Assembly (NCBI GenBank): GCA_963823665.1
Contig: CAWGMQ010000005.1
Location: 96,001-160,000, forward strand
Source of the DNA: an uncultured Planctomycetota bacterium
GTDB taxonomy: Bacteria; Planctomycetota; Planctomycetia; Isosphaerales; Isosphaeraceae
Length of the DNA stretch: 64,000 nt
Direction of reading: 5' to 3'
Both the position numbers and the translations under genes were made by a program. Below the pieces are notes generated by a model that did no database searches, was not told where the DNA came from, and worked only from the letters and a program-made list of their open reading frames with translations. Numbering within the stretch: position 1 is the stretch's first letter; every line of letters begins with the position of its first letter. Below, in pieces: positions 20,211 to 32,405 of this stretch.

Positions 20211-22596
20211 TTAATCCGGCACGCTCAGTGTCGGCATGGCAAAATCCGACGCGAAAACCAGGGTGGTCTTCCCTCCCTTTGTGGGCGTGACCGTGCCCGA
20301 GAGCACACGTATGGCCAGTGGGTCTCCCTGACGGCTATGGAGCACGTAGACCTCGCTCGCCGACCAGTCGTAATCGATGATGCGCACCGTCACCGGATCG
20401 CCGAGCTTCCAGGTGATGGGCTGGGGGAACGTGTAGTCCCAGACCGGCCGGTGAGAGTCGCGAATGACGGTCGAGGGCCCGTATACGGCGCCGGCGACTT
20501 CGATCACCACGCCCAGGTCGGGTGCCCCTCCGGCGAAATACTTGCCGACGCGCGGCTCGACCTCACCGCGCCGGAGCGTGACGCGGTATTGCCCGGGCAC
20601 GGAGATCTTGTCCCACCATTCCTGATAGCGCTCTGCATCCGCGGCAAACCGGCCGTCGGCATGATCGCGAAGGTAATCCTTCAGCCGCCTGGCGACTTCG
20701 GCGACATCATCGGGATGGGCCTGAGCGTGATCAAACGCCTGGCGGTACGCGTAGACATCCCACTCGCGGAGGATCCGGTCCTTGGCTTCGATCGCCTCGC
20801 TGACAAACCGCCCGCCGGCTTCGTGGTTCTTGAGGTAGTGCTCGAATCGCTCGATCCGCGCCGCGAATCGCGTGGGATTCTTGTGCGAAAACTCGCGGGC
20901 TTCATCGATATCGTGCTCGTCCAGGCGCTTCAGGTACATCTCCAGCCGGCTATTGACCTCTGCGCGAACGGCGCTCGAGGGATGGTCGGTCAGGAACTGA
21001 CGCGCCCGTTCGATCTGGTCGGCGAGCGACATGGTCGGCAGCGACTCCGATCGGACCAGGTCGTCGACGAACTGGCGTTCGACGGCCGTCCGGCGCTTCG
21101 CCAGATCGTCCTTGAGCGTGCGTGCCAGTGCCAGCGCCTCGACCCGGCGCGGCGTGTCTGGATATTCGCGCAAGAAGGCGTCGATGGAGGCGAGCGGTGG
21201 AGCTGGGTCGTCAAGTGCGGCGAGCGAGAGGGCTTCTCCCTGGACGGACTTCCAGCGCTCGTCATGCCTGGTCTGCGCCTGCGCCGCTTCGACCTGCCTG
21301 ATTGCCGGCGCCAGGCGAGGCGCCTGGTCTTTGAGCTGCCCCAGCCTGACCTCGAGATCAGCCGGTGCCGTTCCGTTGGCGACCTGCACGCCCGCTGCTT
21401 TCACTTGCCACTCGTCGCGCTTCTGGCGTGCTGCGCGGCCCTTGTTCGGCCAGAACCATGAGAGCGAGGGATGCCACTCGAGCACCTCGGACCAGCGGCG
21501 CGCGACGGCCGGTGGCGCAGCCTCGCCGGCTCTTTCAAATGCCTGTGCGCTTTCAAACGCGAGCAGGTCCCATCCCGCCAATCCGCCCGCGACGACGATC
21601 GCCGCGGCCGCGAAGCGGGCCAGGCGGCGCCAGCCGCGCCTTCTTTGCAGCTTCTTGAGCCGGTCGAGGAATTCGAAGGAGCGATTGGATCTCGGATAGC
21701 GCTTCTCATAGGCGGCCAGGCACCGCGCGAGGCGCGCGCAAGTCACCGGGTGCCAGCTTCCAGAGCAGCTCCATATCGGCCCGATCGCGTGCCTCGAGCT
21801 GCTCGGCCACCCAGGCCAGCGGCCCTTCGAGCCCAAGTGGATGAAGCTCTGGCGGCGGCTGATTACCCGAGGCCCCGGCGCCGAAGGAGCTGACGGCGAA
21901 CACTCCTCCCTGGGGGGCGTGGGCCGCCAGGGCGTGACGCGTCATGCCATATCGCTCATTGAGCAGCCGCTCAACGAGGCCCGACCACTGGCCCGCCGCA
22001 AACCCGGGGTTCGTCTCAGCGAGCGAGCCCGCCATGACCTGGTCAAACTTCGTCAGGACCAGAGCGATCGGACGGCCGACCCCACCGTCATCGGACCGAT
22101 CGATGTAGCCCTCGAGCAAGCCTTCGACTTCCTGCTGCCGGCGCCTGACCTCCGCGGGATCAGCCGTTGCCGCGGGGTCCAGACACAAGAGCACCGCATC
22201 GCAATCGGCGAAGAACTGATGGATCGACCGATCCGAGCCCAGCGACACGTGTTCGCCTTGATAGTCCTTGAGGATCAGCTCGATGCGAGACGGCCCATGA
22301 TAGAGCCGAAGATTGAGCTCGGTCTCGGCCAGCGTGCCGGCCATCGGCTGGCCCGACTCGATCTGGGCGATCTTCTCGGCGAGGTACTCCGCAGTTCGGG
22401 CGTCAGCCGCGGCCATCCGCATCCCGGCGAAGCGTCCGCTCGACGCTTCGCGATAAAACATCGCCAGGAGAGTGGTCTTGCCCACGTGGCGATGCCCGAA
22501 GAGGGCGACCCGCTTGGGCCCCGTAAGGCGAGCCTCCAGAAGATCGAGCCGGCTCGCGCGGCGCCTCGTCTTGCTCTTGCTCATGTCTCTGTTCAT
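20211..22596 (-). CDS. TRAFAC-class GTPase - TM helix - helical repeats - C2-like domain fusion (frameshift near 21738)
   Basis: G1 GHRHVGKT, G3 DYQGE, G4 TKFD, G5-like SSFG; TM FAAAAIVVAGGLAGW; C-terminal APDLGVVIEV...STVIRDSHRPVWDYTF...VTVRIIDYD. Confidence 0.8.
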
Positions 22597-22625
22597 GGCG
22601 GGAGCCTGGCTCCAGACCGGTTGTG

Positions 22626-23672
22626 TCAGACGACTTTTGAATTGACGCGCACTTGTCTGTTACGACCAAACACCAGACGATCGAAGAGAAATGCAACCGG
22701 CCGGAAGAGAATGGCGAACGGCCGGAACATCCATCGGACCGGCAGGCCGAGGAGAATCAACAGCGCGGTCCCGGCAACAATTCCGGCGACGCCCATACCG
22801 ACCCAACGGATGACGGCAAAGTTGAGTCCAAAGGCGGACAGGGTTTCTCCGATCGAGCTTTCGAGCCCGCGTGCTGCGCCCAGTCCGGCGGCCGAGGCAA
22901 GCTGAATACCGGCCTTCGCAAACTCGCGCACGGCGAACTCGGTGGCCCGGCCGGCGTAGTCAACGAACTTCTCGGGGTTGGCCAGGAAAACCGCCAGCAC
23001 CCCCGCGGCGGCCAGTTTCTTCTTATTGGGCAAGACCGTGTTCGTGAAGAAGGACCAGCCGCCTCGCCCGGCCTTGCGCAAGACGCTCAGACTCTCGGGC
23101 CCTTCCTTGACGAGGACTTCGGCGACATCATCACCGAAAACGCGAACCGCGCTCGATCCCTCGGGCCCGAGCCGGCGAACCATCGCTTCTGCATTGGCAG
23201 GATAGCGCCTTGCCAGAAGCTGTGCAGTCTCGCCTAGCTCAACGACGAGCCGCTTTTCGGCGGGAGCGAGTGCTTCAAACGTTCGCAGCACCTGCGGATC
23301 TTGCTTCAACAATCGAGAGAATCGGGCCTTGAGGAGTGCTTCGGACGGCTGCTCGAACTGCCGTCCAGCCTTGGCTAGCTCATCGGATTGACGCACAAGC
23401 TGCTCGAGCCCGTCGTCGGCTCCACGTGCCAGAAACAGCCGGCCCGCGCGAAGCTCGGTCCGCGCGCCATTGCCACTGCGCACCAGGCGCTTGCCGCCGG
23501 CCTTGGCTTCGACGATCACGTTTTGCACGACGTCATCGAGCCAGGAGAGTTTTCCGGCTTGAGCGAGCGCTGGCGAGATGAGCATGAGCAGCGCAGGCGC
23601 GAGCACGGCGGCCAAACGCACGAGCAGAGTGCTCTTCGCCCAACCGCCACGGCGTTTTGAATTTACATTCAT
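22626..23672 (-). CDS. Hypothetical exported/membrane helical protein
   Basis: Signal peptide, xGPE/FGDD helical repeats, C-terminal TM; 29 bp upstream of the GTPase gene. Confidence 0.75.
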   Translation of the reverse strand: MNVNSKRRGGWAKSTLLVRLAAVLAPALLMLISPALAQAGKLSWLDDVVQNVIVEAKAGGKRLVRSGNGARTELRAGRLFLARGADDGLEQLVRQSDELAKAGRQFEQPSEALLKARFSRLLKQDPQVLRTFEALAPAEKRLVVELGETAQLLARRYPANAEAMVRRLGPEGSSAVRVFGDDVAEVLVKEGPESLSVLRKAGRGGWSFFTNTVLPNKKKLAAAGVLAVFLANPEKFVDYAGRATEFAVREFAKAGIQLASAAGLGAARGLESSIGETLSAFGLNFAVIRWVGMGVAGIVAGTALLILLGLPVRWMFRPFAILFRPVAFLFDRLVFGRNRQVRVNSKVV

Positions 23673-24075
23673 CGGCACGAACCCTCGGATTGTCGGCTGA
23701 CTTTGCGGGATGCCGTGGTTTTCCGTATTGCAGGATATTCGACCAGGACAGCGGATTGTTTGGTCAAAAGTGATCGAATTGCTGAAGACCGGCTGGATTG
23801 CTCCGGCCGTTCCGTTTCGATCAAGTTTTCGGGCCATCCGTCGGGCCTTGCTGCCGGTTGTCCATTGGCTTTTGCGAGACAGGATCTCCCGCTGCTATTC
23901 TACCATGCGGGGAAGGGGCGCCGGTTCGATCAGGAGCTGTGCGGCATCGGAAAGTCGACCTGCCGCAAGGAGACGGTAGAGCGAAGTTCCTCATGCTCGG
24001 TTGGTGATGGTCGCCGGAGATCGAGCGAATCGTCGAGAGCCTTCCGTCACAGATCGAGCTGTCCCGCGAAGACTC

Positions 24076-25837
24076 TCATCGATCTCGGCCCAGTGATCGC
24101 CACGGCAAGACTGGTGTCGGTGAAGTCTGTATCGTTGTCGTGCTCGCATGGCTTCGCAATAAGTGATCGGCAATGGCTTGATGCCCGCGATTGTTGAGAT
24201 GCAACATGCCGGGTGCGATCTCTCCGCGGAGGTAGCCGACCGCGGTCAGGATTGGACCCTGGATTTGCTCGGATTCCTTCGCTCTCACGAACCAGGTGTC
24301 TTCGGCCGCGTAGCCGTGAGCGCCGAATGACTCGAAGACTCCGTCGGTGAAGTTCCACCCATGGCGCCGGGCCGTCTCGCTCTGTGCCTTGTGCAGTGGA
24401 CGCAAGAGGCGCTCGCGGACCATCTCCAGCTCGCGACGATTGACACGAAGCGCGGGGACCAGATCGTCGAGAATGGCCGCAGCGGTGGCACCGCTTGATT
24501 CACGAGTCAAGTCGGGGTAGCCAAGCAGGTGAACCTGGGCGCCGGCCAGAATCTGATCGCTGGCGACCGCGCTTGCGACGCGCTCGAGTTGCTCTCGGGC
24601 CGACGCCAGACCAGACTCGATGGCCTGCGAGAGGCCGTAGATCAATTTGACGTCCTGGTCGATTGCCTCGCGCCGGGCGTTCGGGCTCTCGTTCGTGAGC
24701 GTGCAAGCCGCGGTGGGGTCGATCAGCGAATCGAGGTCAGTCGGACGAGCCGCCGAACCGGCTTGACGAGTCGGGTAGGCGGCAAGCAGGCGCAGCGGGT
24801 CGACGCACCGGATCTCGCGTCGCAAGAGCTCGCCGACCAATTCCATCCCGCGCATCGTTGCAGCCGATGGAGAGGATCAGAATGTCGACCGGCCGAGTGG
24901 CGGCGATAGCATGAAGCTCGTCGAGCTGTGCTGGCAGCGGCGGCCCGGGACCCAGTGCCTTGTTGTCATTCGAACGATCGCTACGGAAGAGATCGTCGGC
25001 TCGTGCACCGGTGGCGGCCAGGCAAACGAATGTGACCGAGGTATGCGGATCCAACGCTTCCAGGCGCATGGCAAATTGTGCTGGGCCGGAACGGGTCGAG
25101 CGATGGGACCGCCCGTGCAACAAATTGGCCGGCGGCAGCGGGCCAGTGGGCGTCTTGCGCGACTGGTTTCCCTCGGGCCCTCCATCAGCCCACACTGGCG
25201 GCGTGGACGGGTCAACGCGACCACGAAGTATTGATCCGCGTTCGGAAGACTTGATCGCATCCCAGCGGGCAGGCAATTCGGGATTGCCTTCGCCGGTGGC
25301 GAGCGAGTCGCCCAGCGCGACGATGAGGATATCCTTGACGCGGATTATCGCTTGCGCTGCCGCAGTGCGCCCATCGCCGAGGCGAACAGTCACCTTCACG
25401 ACATGGTCGCCTTGCGGGAGATGGGTGATCGCTTTCGGCCCGGTTGAGACGAACTCGCTCGATCCTGTGGGGCCGGCGATCGTCCAGTGGCAGGATATGT
25501 CTTCTGTAGATACTTGAGCCGTTTCGATGCTGGCTTCGAGCTGGACTTCGTAGCGCCCGGGATTGACGTACTCGTAGGAGTTCGGGAGGTCGGGCCGGCC
25601 GTTTCGGTTGAGGTCATATCCCGGTCCGAAACGATCGGCCATTTTCCAGGCGATCGTCGCGGGAGTGTGCGCATGGGCGGTGGATCGCTCGGCGGTCGCT
25701 GCGGCGCGGTCGGCTGCTCGTCCGGGACGATGATCAGCGCGCGCCAGCGGCGCGGCCGCGAGGGCAATGATGAGGAGGGGGTTCGTCCCGACCATTCGAT
25801 TGAGCCGACGGAGGCTCGCCTGCGCGTGCTTGTTCAT
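24076..25837 (-). CDS. Secreted PKD-like plus SGNH/GDSL hydrolase (frameshift near 24850)
   Basis: VALGDSLATGEG, AATGA, SIGCND, LHLNNRGHQAIA. Confidence 0.8.
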
Positions 25838-26179
25838 GGAAAGATCCCTCCAGGGCGACCTGCATCGTAGGGTGCACATGGCCCCAGGTACCAATCAATG
25901 CACTCGGGATGCCACTCTATGACTGGTACGCAAAATCGCTGCGGATCTTTCAAAGAAAACTAGTCTTCGAACGAGGTGCCTGTTCGCGTGACGCTCAGAA
26001 GCAACGTCACGCGGGCAGGATTCGTCGTTCACTGACGGGAGCAGAGCGGCAGGCTGAAATCGATTTCATGGAAGAAATTGAAGAGCTGACGGGCGCGAGC
26101 CCGCCTGAGCGTCACGGGATCGGCGCGAGCTGAAGCTTGTCGATGCTTGATCGGTCGCAGTCGAGACGGTGACTGGTCG

Positions 26180-28171
26180 CTATTGGCCCGCTGTCGAATC
26201 GGTGCGCCGACTCTTCAGATACTCTTCCATCTTGTGAAACCCAACCACGCCGACCCCGGCCTGCACAGCCTGGGCTGCGACGTATTTTACGCCGCGCGCT
26301 GGCGGAATTCGCAGCACGACCTCGACACCGCCCCTCAACAGCCGGACTGCGCGCCACTGACTCAGTCGCAACCCGGCCTTCGACGCCATCGGGCCCGCCG
26401 TCTCCGTCAACTGTGCGAGACTCAGCCGCGGCAGCGCTTCGGGCCAGCGCCTTAGCACCTGGTAAAAGCCACCGGCCGAGCGCACGGACCACCAACGCGC
26501 CAGCCTTTTTCCCGCGCCCGCCTCGCTTCGTGCCAGCGCCTTCCCGGCCGCCTCGCTGCCGGTTGCCACGAGGTCTCGGCCGAGAGTCTTCGCGCCCTCG
26601 CGCACGGCCGCTTTCACTTCGCTCCGCACCGCCTCGGCCGCGACCGCTCCCTCGGGCTGGAGCGCCGCCAGGCTTAACACGTCGGTGATCACAAAGCAAC
26701 CGTCGACGAGCGCCCAGGCCGCCTCGCCGGAGGTCGGGGCATACCCCCTTCGCAGGACGTTACCCAGGTGGATCACGTCGTACAGAGGAAGGAACTGGTA
26801 GTACTGAACGCTTGTCTGATCGAGCTCGGCCACGCGATTCAGCCCGTCGTTTTTGATCGTGCGGATCGTCGCCTGGCCGTTGTCGCCGGAAGCAAAAAGG
26901 GCGGCCAAAGCGAGTGATTCGGTGACCGTGCGCTTGTTTTTGCGCTGGAGAAAATCGATCGTTCCAGGACCCGAGTCGGTTCGGGCGATGGGAGGGATGA
27001 CCGCAGGACCATGGGCACGGAGGATCTCGCAAAAGTCGGGATCGGCCGAGTACTTCTCGAGCATGGCCAGCGCCATCGTTCCGTGCTCGGCCAGGGCCCG
27101 CACAGCCTGGCGCCGCAGGGAGGAATCGGCGTAGTCGCCGAAGACGACGTCGGCCGCATCCGGCCCCGCTTGTTTGAGCGCCCGCTCACCGGCATCTCCA
27201 TATTCGACGATCAGCCGAAGGGCATCCGGGCTGCCCGATGCCGGTTCAGTGAGCCCGGCTGCCGCGGCGTGGCGAATGTGCGCGGCGACGGTCTCCGGTC
27301 GGTGCGACTGGAGCAATTCGTCAATGTAAGGCGCATTGACCCGGACCAGAATCAATGCCTGATCCAGGGGGATGGCGTCTTCCAACGCGTCGAGGATCGG
27401 CCCGTAGAGCTTGACGAGAGCAAACCCCTCGGGCCCCTGCTTGCGGAAAGCGTCGAGTGCGAGCGGGCCGTGCTGTTCGAGTGTTTCCAGGCCCGACTTC
27501 AGGTCAGCCGGGCCTTGCTCGAGGCTCATGAAGCAGAGCACGGCCAGGGAGTCGCCCAGGGCGTGCTCATCGTTCTTCAGACGATCGATCAAGTCGCTCA
27601 TGCCGCCTGGATCAGCCAGGATGAGCGGGAGCACCGATGGAAATCGCGCCGCGGTTTTCTGCTGAGACGGCGTCAACCTGGCAATCTGCCCGATGAGTGC
27701 CTTCCGGTCGGTGTCATCCGCTCGCTTGAGGCCGAAGTACTCGCGCCAGTGGAGCAGCACGTCGGCCGCTGCGTCGCTGCCGAGCGAGTCGCGGAGCCGG
27801 CGGAATTCATCGGGATGTTTCTCGTAAAGAAAGATCGCCTCGATGTCCAGACGATCGAGGAGCACCAAGCCGCGCAGGCCGTCGGTCTGCTCGATCAACT
27901 GGGCGTTGCGGCCAAACCGGTGGGCGACCCTCGCAACGAGCTCGCGATCTGTTGCGCTGGCCGACGGATAATTGCGAAGCAGCGCCGTCTCAACCTCTGG
28001 TTCAACCGGAGCAGGGTTCTCACCGTCGCCTGCGGGCGGCCGTGCGGCGGCAGACGATCCATCCGGTCGCGCACCGGGCTTGAGCGCCAGCTTGAACAGC
28101 ACGGCAACTGCGGAAAGCAACACGGCTATGGCGAGCGTTCGCTTCATCAAGGGTCTCGAGAGCACGTTCAT
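26180..28171 (-). CDS. Large hypothetical helical protein with N-terminal anchor, related to 22626-23672
   Basis: 663-aa intact ORF; repeated QHGP/KQGPE/LYGP/QAGPDAADVVFGD motifs. Confidence 0.8.
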   Translation of the reverse strand: MNVLSRPLMKRTLAIAVLLSAVAVLFKLALKPGARPDGSSAAARPPAGDGENPAPVEPEVETALLRNYPSASATDRELVARVAHRFGRNAQLIEQTDGLRGLVLLDRLDIEAIFLYEKHPDEFRRLRDSLGSDAAADVLLHWREYFGLKRADDTDRKALIGQIARLTPSQQKTAARFPSVLPLILADPGGMSDLIDRLKNDEHALGDSLAVLCFMSLEQGPADLKSGLETLEQHGPLALDAFRKQGPEGFALVKLYGPILDALEDAIPLDQALILVRVNAPYIDELLQSHRPETVAAHIRHAAAAGLTEPASGSPDALRLIVEYGDAGERALKQAGPDAADVVFGDYADSSLRRQAVRALAEHGTMALAMLEKYSADPDFCEILRAHGPAVIPPIARTDSGPGTIDFLQRKNKRTVTESLALAALFASGDNGQATIRTIKNDGLNRVAELDQTSVQYYQFLPLYDVIHLGNVLRRGYAPTSGEAAWALVDGCFVITDVLSLAALQPEGAVAAEAVRSEVKAAVREGAKTLGRDLVATGSEAAGKALARSEAGAGKRLARWWSVRSAGGFYQVLRRWPEALPRLSLAQLTETAGPMASKAGLRLSQWRAVRLLRGGVEVVLRIPPARGVKYVAAQAVQAGVGVVGFHKMEEYLKSRRTDSTAGQ

Positions 28172-28520
28172 CCCGGCAACTCAGCACGCGACGGGCGCCG
28201 CCAGTGGAATTCTCCACCCCAGGGCTCGAATGTCAATTCGCACGGAACGAAGCCATTCGTTATCCGTGCCCCCATCCGCGCAAATCGTTCTCAGACGGTG
28301 TATTCGACCGGTAGGGGTGAATCTTCATTCCCAGTCCGGGGGACCGCCGCGTCGTTCTGGTAATCTGCGGAGAATATCAGGGATTTGACAGACATGCCGG
28401 GTTGCCGGCCGATGCCGACGTCGGGTAAACCGGTTTCATTTCCAATTTGAGGCCGTTACAATTGTCAGGGACAGCCACTTGATGCATGGACCGAGTTCCT
28501 CGGCTCCGCGGAGGGCCGTG

Positions 28521-29051
28521 ATGAATCAGCGTCGCACGACGATTGCCTCGTTGATGAAGTTGGTGGCGATCGTTGCGCTCAATCTGTGTATAGGACAGAT
28601 GATTTTCTGGTACGAGCCATGGCGGCTGGCGGGAATTGGTCCGATCGCGGTAGCGATCCAGGTGGGATTGTTCTTTCTGCTCCGTTCGCGTGGCCGTCCG
28701 CGGCCTTATGCATTCTGGGTCGGCTTCGAGATGGGCGGTTTGCTCGGGCTCAGTTCATTCTTGTATCTGCGGGTACCTGACTCGGTGGTGGGTGCCATCT
28801 GGGACGATTATGCCGAATTCATCGACGACCTGTTGAGCGTGCATCTCGGGCTCTCCGTGCTTAACCGCGGCCCGTTCGATCCCACGTTGCTGATTGCCGT
28901 CGCGGTGTTTGCTTCACTGCCACAGATGCTGATGGCGATCGCCGGAGGTTCGACGGGCTTGTTTCTGGGATGGTCCCGGCAAAGTCGCATGCTTGCGTTC
29001 AAGGTGGTCGCGATCGCGGCGGTGCTCTACGGCCTCTTCATGTTATTGTAA
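28521..29051 (+). CDS. Planctomycete-type small membrane protein
   Basis: MNQRRTTIASLMKLVAIVALNL, AFWVGF, LPQML; paralog of 6513-6956. Confidence 0.75.
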   Translation: MNQRRTTIASLMKLVAIVALNLCIGQMIFWYEPWRLAGIGPIAVAIQVGLFFLLRSRGRPRPYAFWVGFEMGGLLGLSSFLYLRVPDSVVGAIWDDYAEFIDDLLSVHLGLSVLNRGPFDPTLLIAVAVFASLPQMLMAIAGGSTGLFLGWSRQSRMLAFKVVAIAAVLYGLFMLL

Positions 29052-29065
29052 GCGCGGTCACTCAC

Positions 29066-31051
29066 TCAGGGTGGTCTGCCTGGTTTGCGGCGATCGTGCA
29101 CTCGGATGTAATGATCGGTGAGGCTCGTGTGCAAGTCGGCGACCGGCACCCTCGGCATGTGACACTCCAGGCAGTTCCTCGCGGGGCTGACCGGGCAGGC
29201 GCCAGCGTGCTTTTCCCCGGCCGGGGCCTTCTTAGGCACCGCCTGCGAGACGTGGCACGTGAGGCATTTCGCCTCGTAGAACGCGGCGGGCGCCGGGTCG
29301 GCTTGATGCGGGTCGTGGCAAGTCAGGCAGCTCATCCCGCCGTCGCTCTCGGAAAAACACCGGCTGAAGGTCAAGGTGAGCCCCGGCGAGCGGACGTACG
29401 CCGGTTCCTCGGCGCGCGCTGGACATCCGCGATCTGGTCGACGATATGGCAGTCCGCACATTGCTCGACGATTGCTCGGGCGCCCGCGGTCCCGGCATTC
29501 ACGATCGCTCTGTCCTTGAAACCGGCGCTGATCGCTTTCAAGTGGTTTCCGCCTGGCCCGTGGCACCGCTCGCAGCCGATGCCTGAATCCGCGACCTCCG
29601 GGCCGACCCCGCTATCGGGAGGCGGGAGGCGAAAGTCGCGCGGATAGGTGACGTGACAGTAGAGGCAGCGGACCACTCCGTCGCGGACCGGAATCGTGTC
29701 GCCCCGGAAGTTGTCTGCGGGAGGATTCGAGTCGGGAGCGGCAAGCGAGGTGCGGCCCCAGGCCACGCCGCTCGGACTGTGATACGACGATAACCTCAAG
29801 ACTCGGTACGATCGTTCGTCGTCTCGCCCGATCATCGTCACGTAGCGGTCGCTCGCCCCGAAGGCGTACTCGACAACGAGCTGGTAGACCTTGTCGGCGG
29901 CGCGGGTCTCAACGTTGATCGCATCCTTGTCGCGGCGGAATGTGTGTGTCACCTTCGGGTCGTCGGGGTCACTCAGGGGCCGTTGCGGGATCGGGAGCGC
30001 GAGCAGGGCCCGGTCATGGTGGAACGTCCGGGCGTGCCGGCTATTTTCGTGACTGCGCGACACCTTGCGGTGACAGGAGACACAGCTCGCCGCGCCGACG
30101 AACGGACTCGGCTCGGGAATCAGCGGGTTCTCCGCGCGATAAGTGCCGGCCGATATCAGTGCGGCTGCGGCCTCCGCGAGCTTCCCCTCCTGGAGCCAGG
30201 CGCGACTCGAGAGCCAGTGGGCTTCGCCGTCGAGGCCGCCGGTCGCATCGCCAGCGCGGATCGCTTCGAGCGCCCGGCGAGCCTCCTCGGGCCGTCCGAG
30301 CTGTAGCAAACTCCGTGCGAGCAGCTTTCGAAAATGCGATGGCGGCTGCAACGCGCCCTGGGCACGCGGGTCCAGCTCCAGGCCGCGTGCGAGCGCATCG
30401 ACGGCTCTTTTCCGGTCCTCGAGCAGCACCCGGATCTCGCCCAGCAGCAAGAACCCGCGGGCTTCCCATGACGGCTGGAGTGCGAGTTGCTTGGCCGCCG
30501 CCGCCGCCTCGTCCATCCGCTGCAGATCGCGCCAGAAGCCGCGCCATGCTGTCAAGAAGCTCAGGATTGTCTGGCCGGTCATGGGCCGACTTTTCCCAGA
30601 AATGGAGGGCCGCGTCCAGTTGGCCGGCACGGGCGTTCATGAGGCCCAACAGGTACAAATCCTCGGCCTGCAACTGCGCCGAGTCGAGCCGGTTCTCATA
30701 GATCGCCATGGCGGCCTGGTCGCGCTGCGAGCGGGCCGCCGCGCGTGCGTAAATCCGGAGCGTTTCCGTATCCTGAGGGTTGGATTTCAACGAGCGACGG
30801 CTCAATTCCGCGGCTTTTTCCCACTCGCGGCGGTCGTAGGCGCGAGCGGCGTCGGCGAGCCCGCTCGTTTCTCCGCGCGTCCACTCCGCGAGCCGTCGCT
30901 CGAGCGGCTCGCGCCACGTCACCCATCCGAACGCGAGCGCGCAGGCGATGGCCAGGACCGCGAGCATCGAGCCGGCGAGAACGCGGTATCGTCTCATGGC
31001 GGGCTTCGGTGTGGTGGTGGGCTGCATGGAAAACGACTCGCTGTCACTCAT
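29066..31051 (-). CDS. TPR protein with C-terminal multiheme cytochrome c domain (7 CxxCH; frameshifted)
   Basis: CVSCH, CLYCH, CERCH, CADCH, CLTCH, CLTCH, CLECH, terminal TDHYIR; ATGA overlap with upstream gene. Confidence 0.85.
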
Positions 31052-32342
31052 TCGGGCCCGTCGGCCTGGCGATTCCACGCCTGCGCGGCCCGGGCCCAGC
31101 CGAGCGTCTCGCAAATCGCGGCGAGGCGCTGGGCCGCCGCCGCCGGGGTGATCTTGGGCTGTTCCTTGGAACGGACGCTCTCGAAGAAAGCGGCGTAGGC
31201 TCCCTGAAACCGACCGCGGGCCTCGCTGATCTCCGTGGACTTTTTGCGGCTGGCGATGGCTGTATCGCGGAGGCCGAGCCGGTCCTGTGCCGTGCCCAGC
31301 CGATAGTGGTATTTGTTGAGAAACGGATTGAGATCGATCGCCTTCTGGAAGTGCGAGGCAGCCATGCGCCAATCACCCGCTTTCTCGCTGGCGACGCCGC
31401 GATTGAACCAGGTTTCCGAGTCGTTGTCGGCCGACGGCGGAGGGACTCGCAGCATGGCGAGAAAGCGTTCGAGGTCTCCTTCTTCCAGGAATGCAGCGAG
31501 CGAGCTGCGCCAGGCTCGAAGATAGTCTGGCCGCAGCTTGAGACAATCCTCGAGACGACGCTCGCCCTCGGCCCGCTGGCCCATTGCGATCTCGGCCAGA
31601 GCCAGGGCGTGGAGCGCATCGCAATCACTCGAGTCGGCAGCAACGTAGCGCCTCAATTCGATGATCGACTCCTTGGGAGAGACGCGCTCGAGCTCGCGCG
31701 CATGCGCATGGTCAGCCAGTACAGTCGTTCCTGCGTGCCGGAGGCGCGGTCGTACGCACTCCAGATCACCGGATAAGCGTCTTCCCAGCGATCCTCGATC
31801 GCATAGAGTTTCAACAATGCGTTGTAGGCGTCGGTCAGCAGCTCCGGAGGCGCAGGGTGCAAGGGATCGTCCTTGATCAGCTCGAGCCACGCACGCTCGG
31901 CATCCCTGGCCCGGTCGAGATGGAGATAGGCCTGCCCTTCCCGGAGTAGTGCGTCGGGCTTGTGGGCGGACCAGTAGGGTACCTCGTGCAACTGCCGGGC
32001 GCAGCCGAGCAGGTCGCCACGAGCGGCGAGCGCCCGGGCCAGCAGGGTTCTCAGCTCGCCGTCGTGCGACGATCGGCGCACGTGCTCTCGCGCGGCGGTC
32101 TCGGCGGCGGCGGCGTTGCCCTGTCTCAGCAAACGTTCAACGGCGGCGGTGTCTGACAGAGGGCGAGTATCGCGCCAGTACCACCAGGCGTTCCAGCCGG
32201 CGCCAGCCGCGCAAAGGGCAAGGACGAACAGCTTCCCGAAGATCGCAAGGAACCGGCGGAGGGGAACCGGCGACCGAGGCGACCGGACCGGAGGGCGCTC
32301 GGGGATTTCGGCAGGGGCGACGGCGTCGATCACTCGGGTCAT
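31048..32342 (-). CDS. Membrane-anchored TPR protein (frameshift near 31700)
   Basis: N-terminal TM; TPR repeats such as FQKAIDLNPFLNKYHYRLG. Confidence 0.8.
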
Positions 32343-32405
32343 GACAGATGAATCGCACGAGAGGAGGGCGGCAGCGCGGACATCGCCCCGACGGGTAGTT
32401 CCATG

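Noticed and set aside
20199..28363. Long plus-strand ORFs (20199-21461, 21841-22905, 27011-28363)
   Set aside because: Antisense to motif-bearing or coherent minus-strand genes
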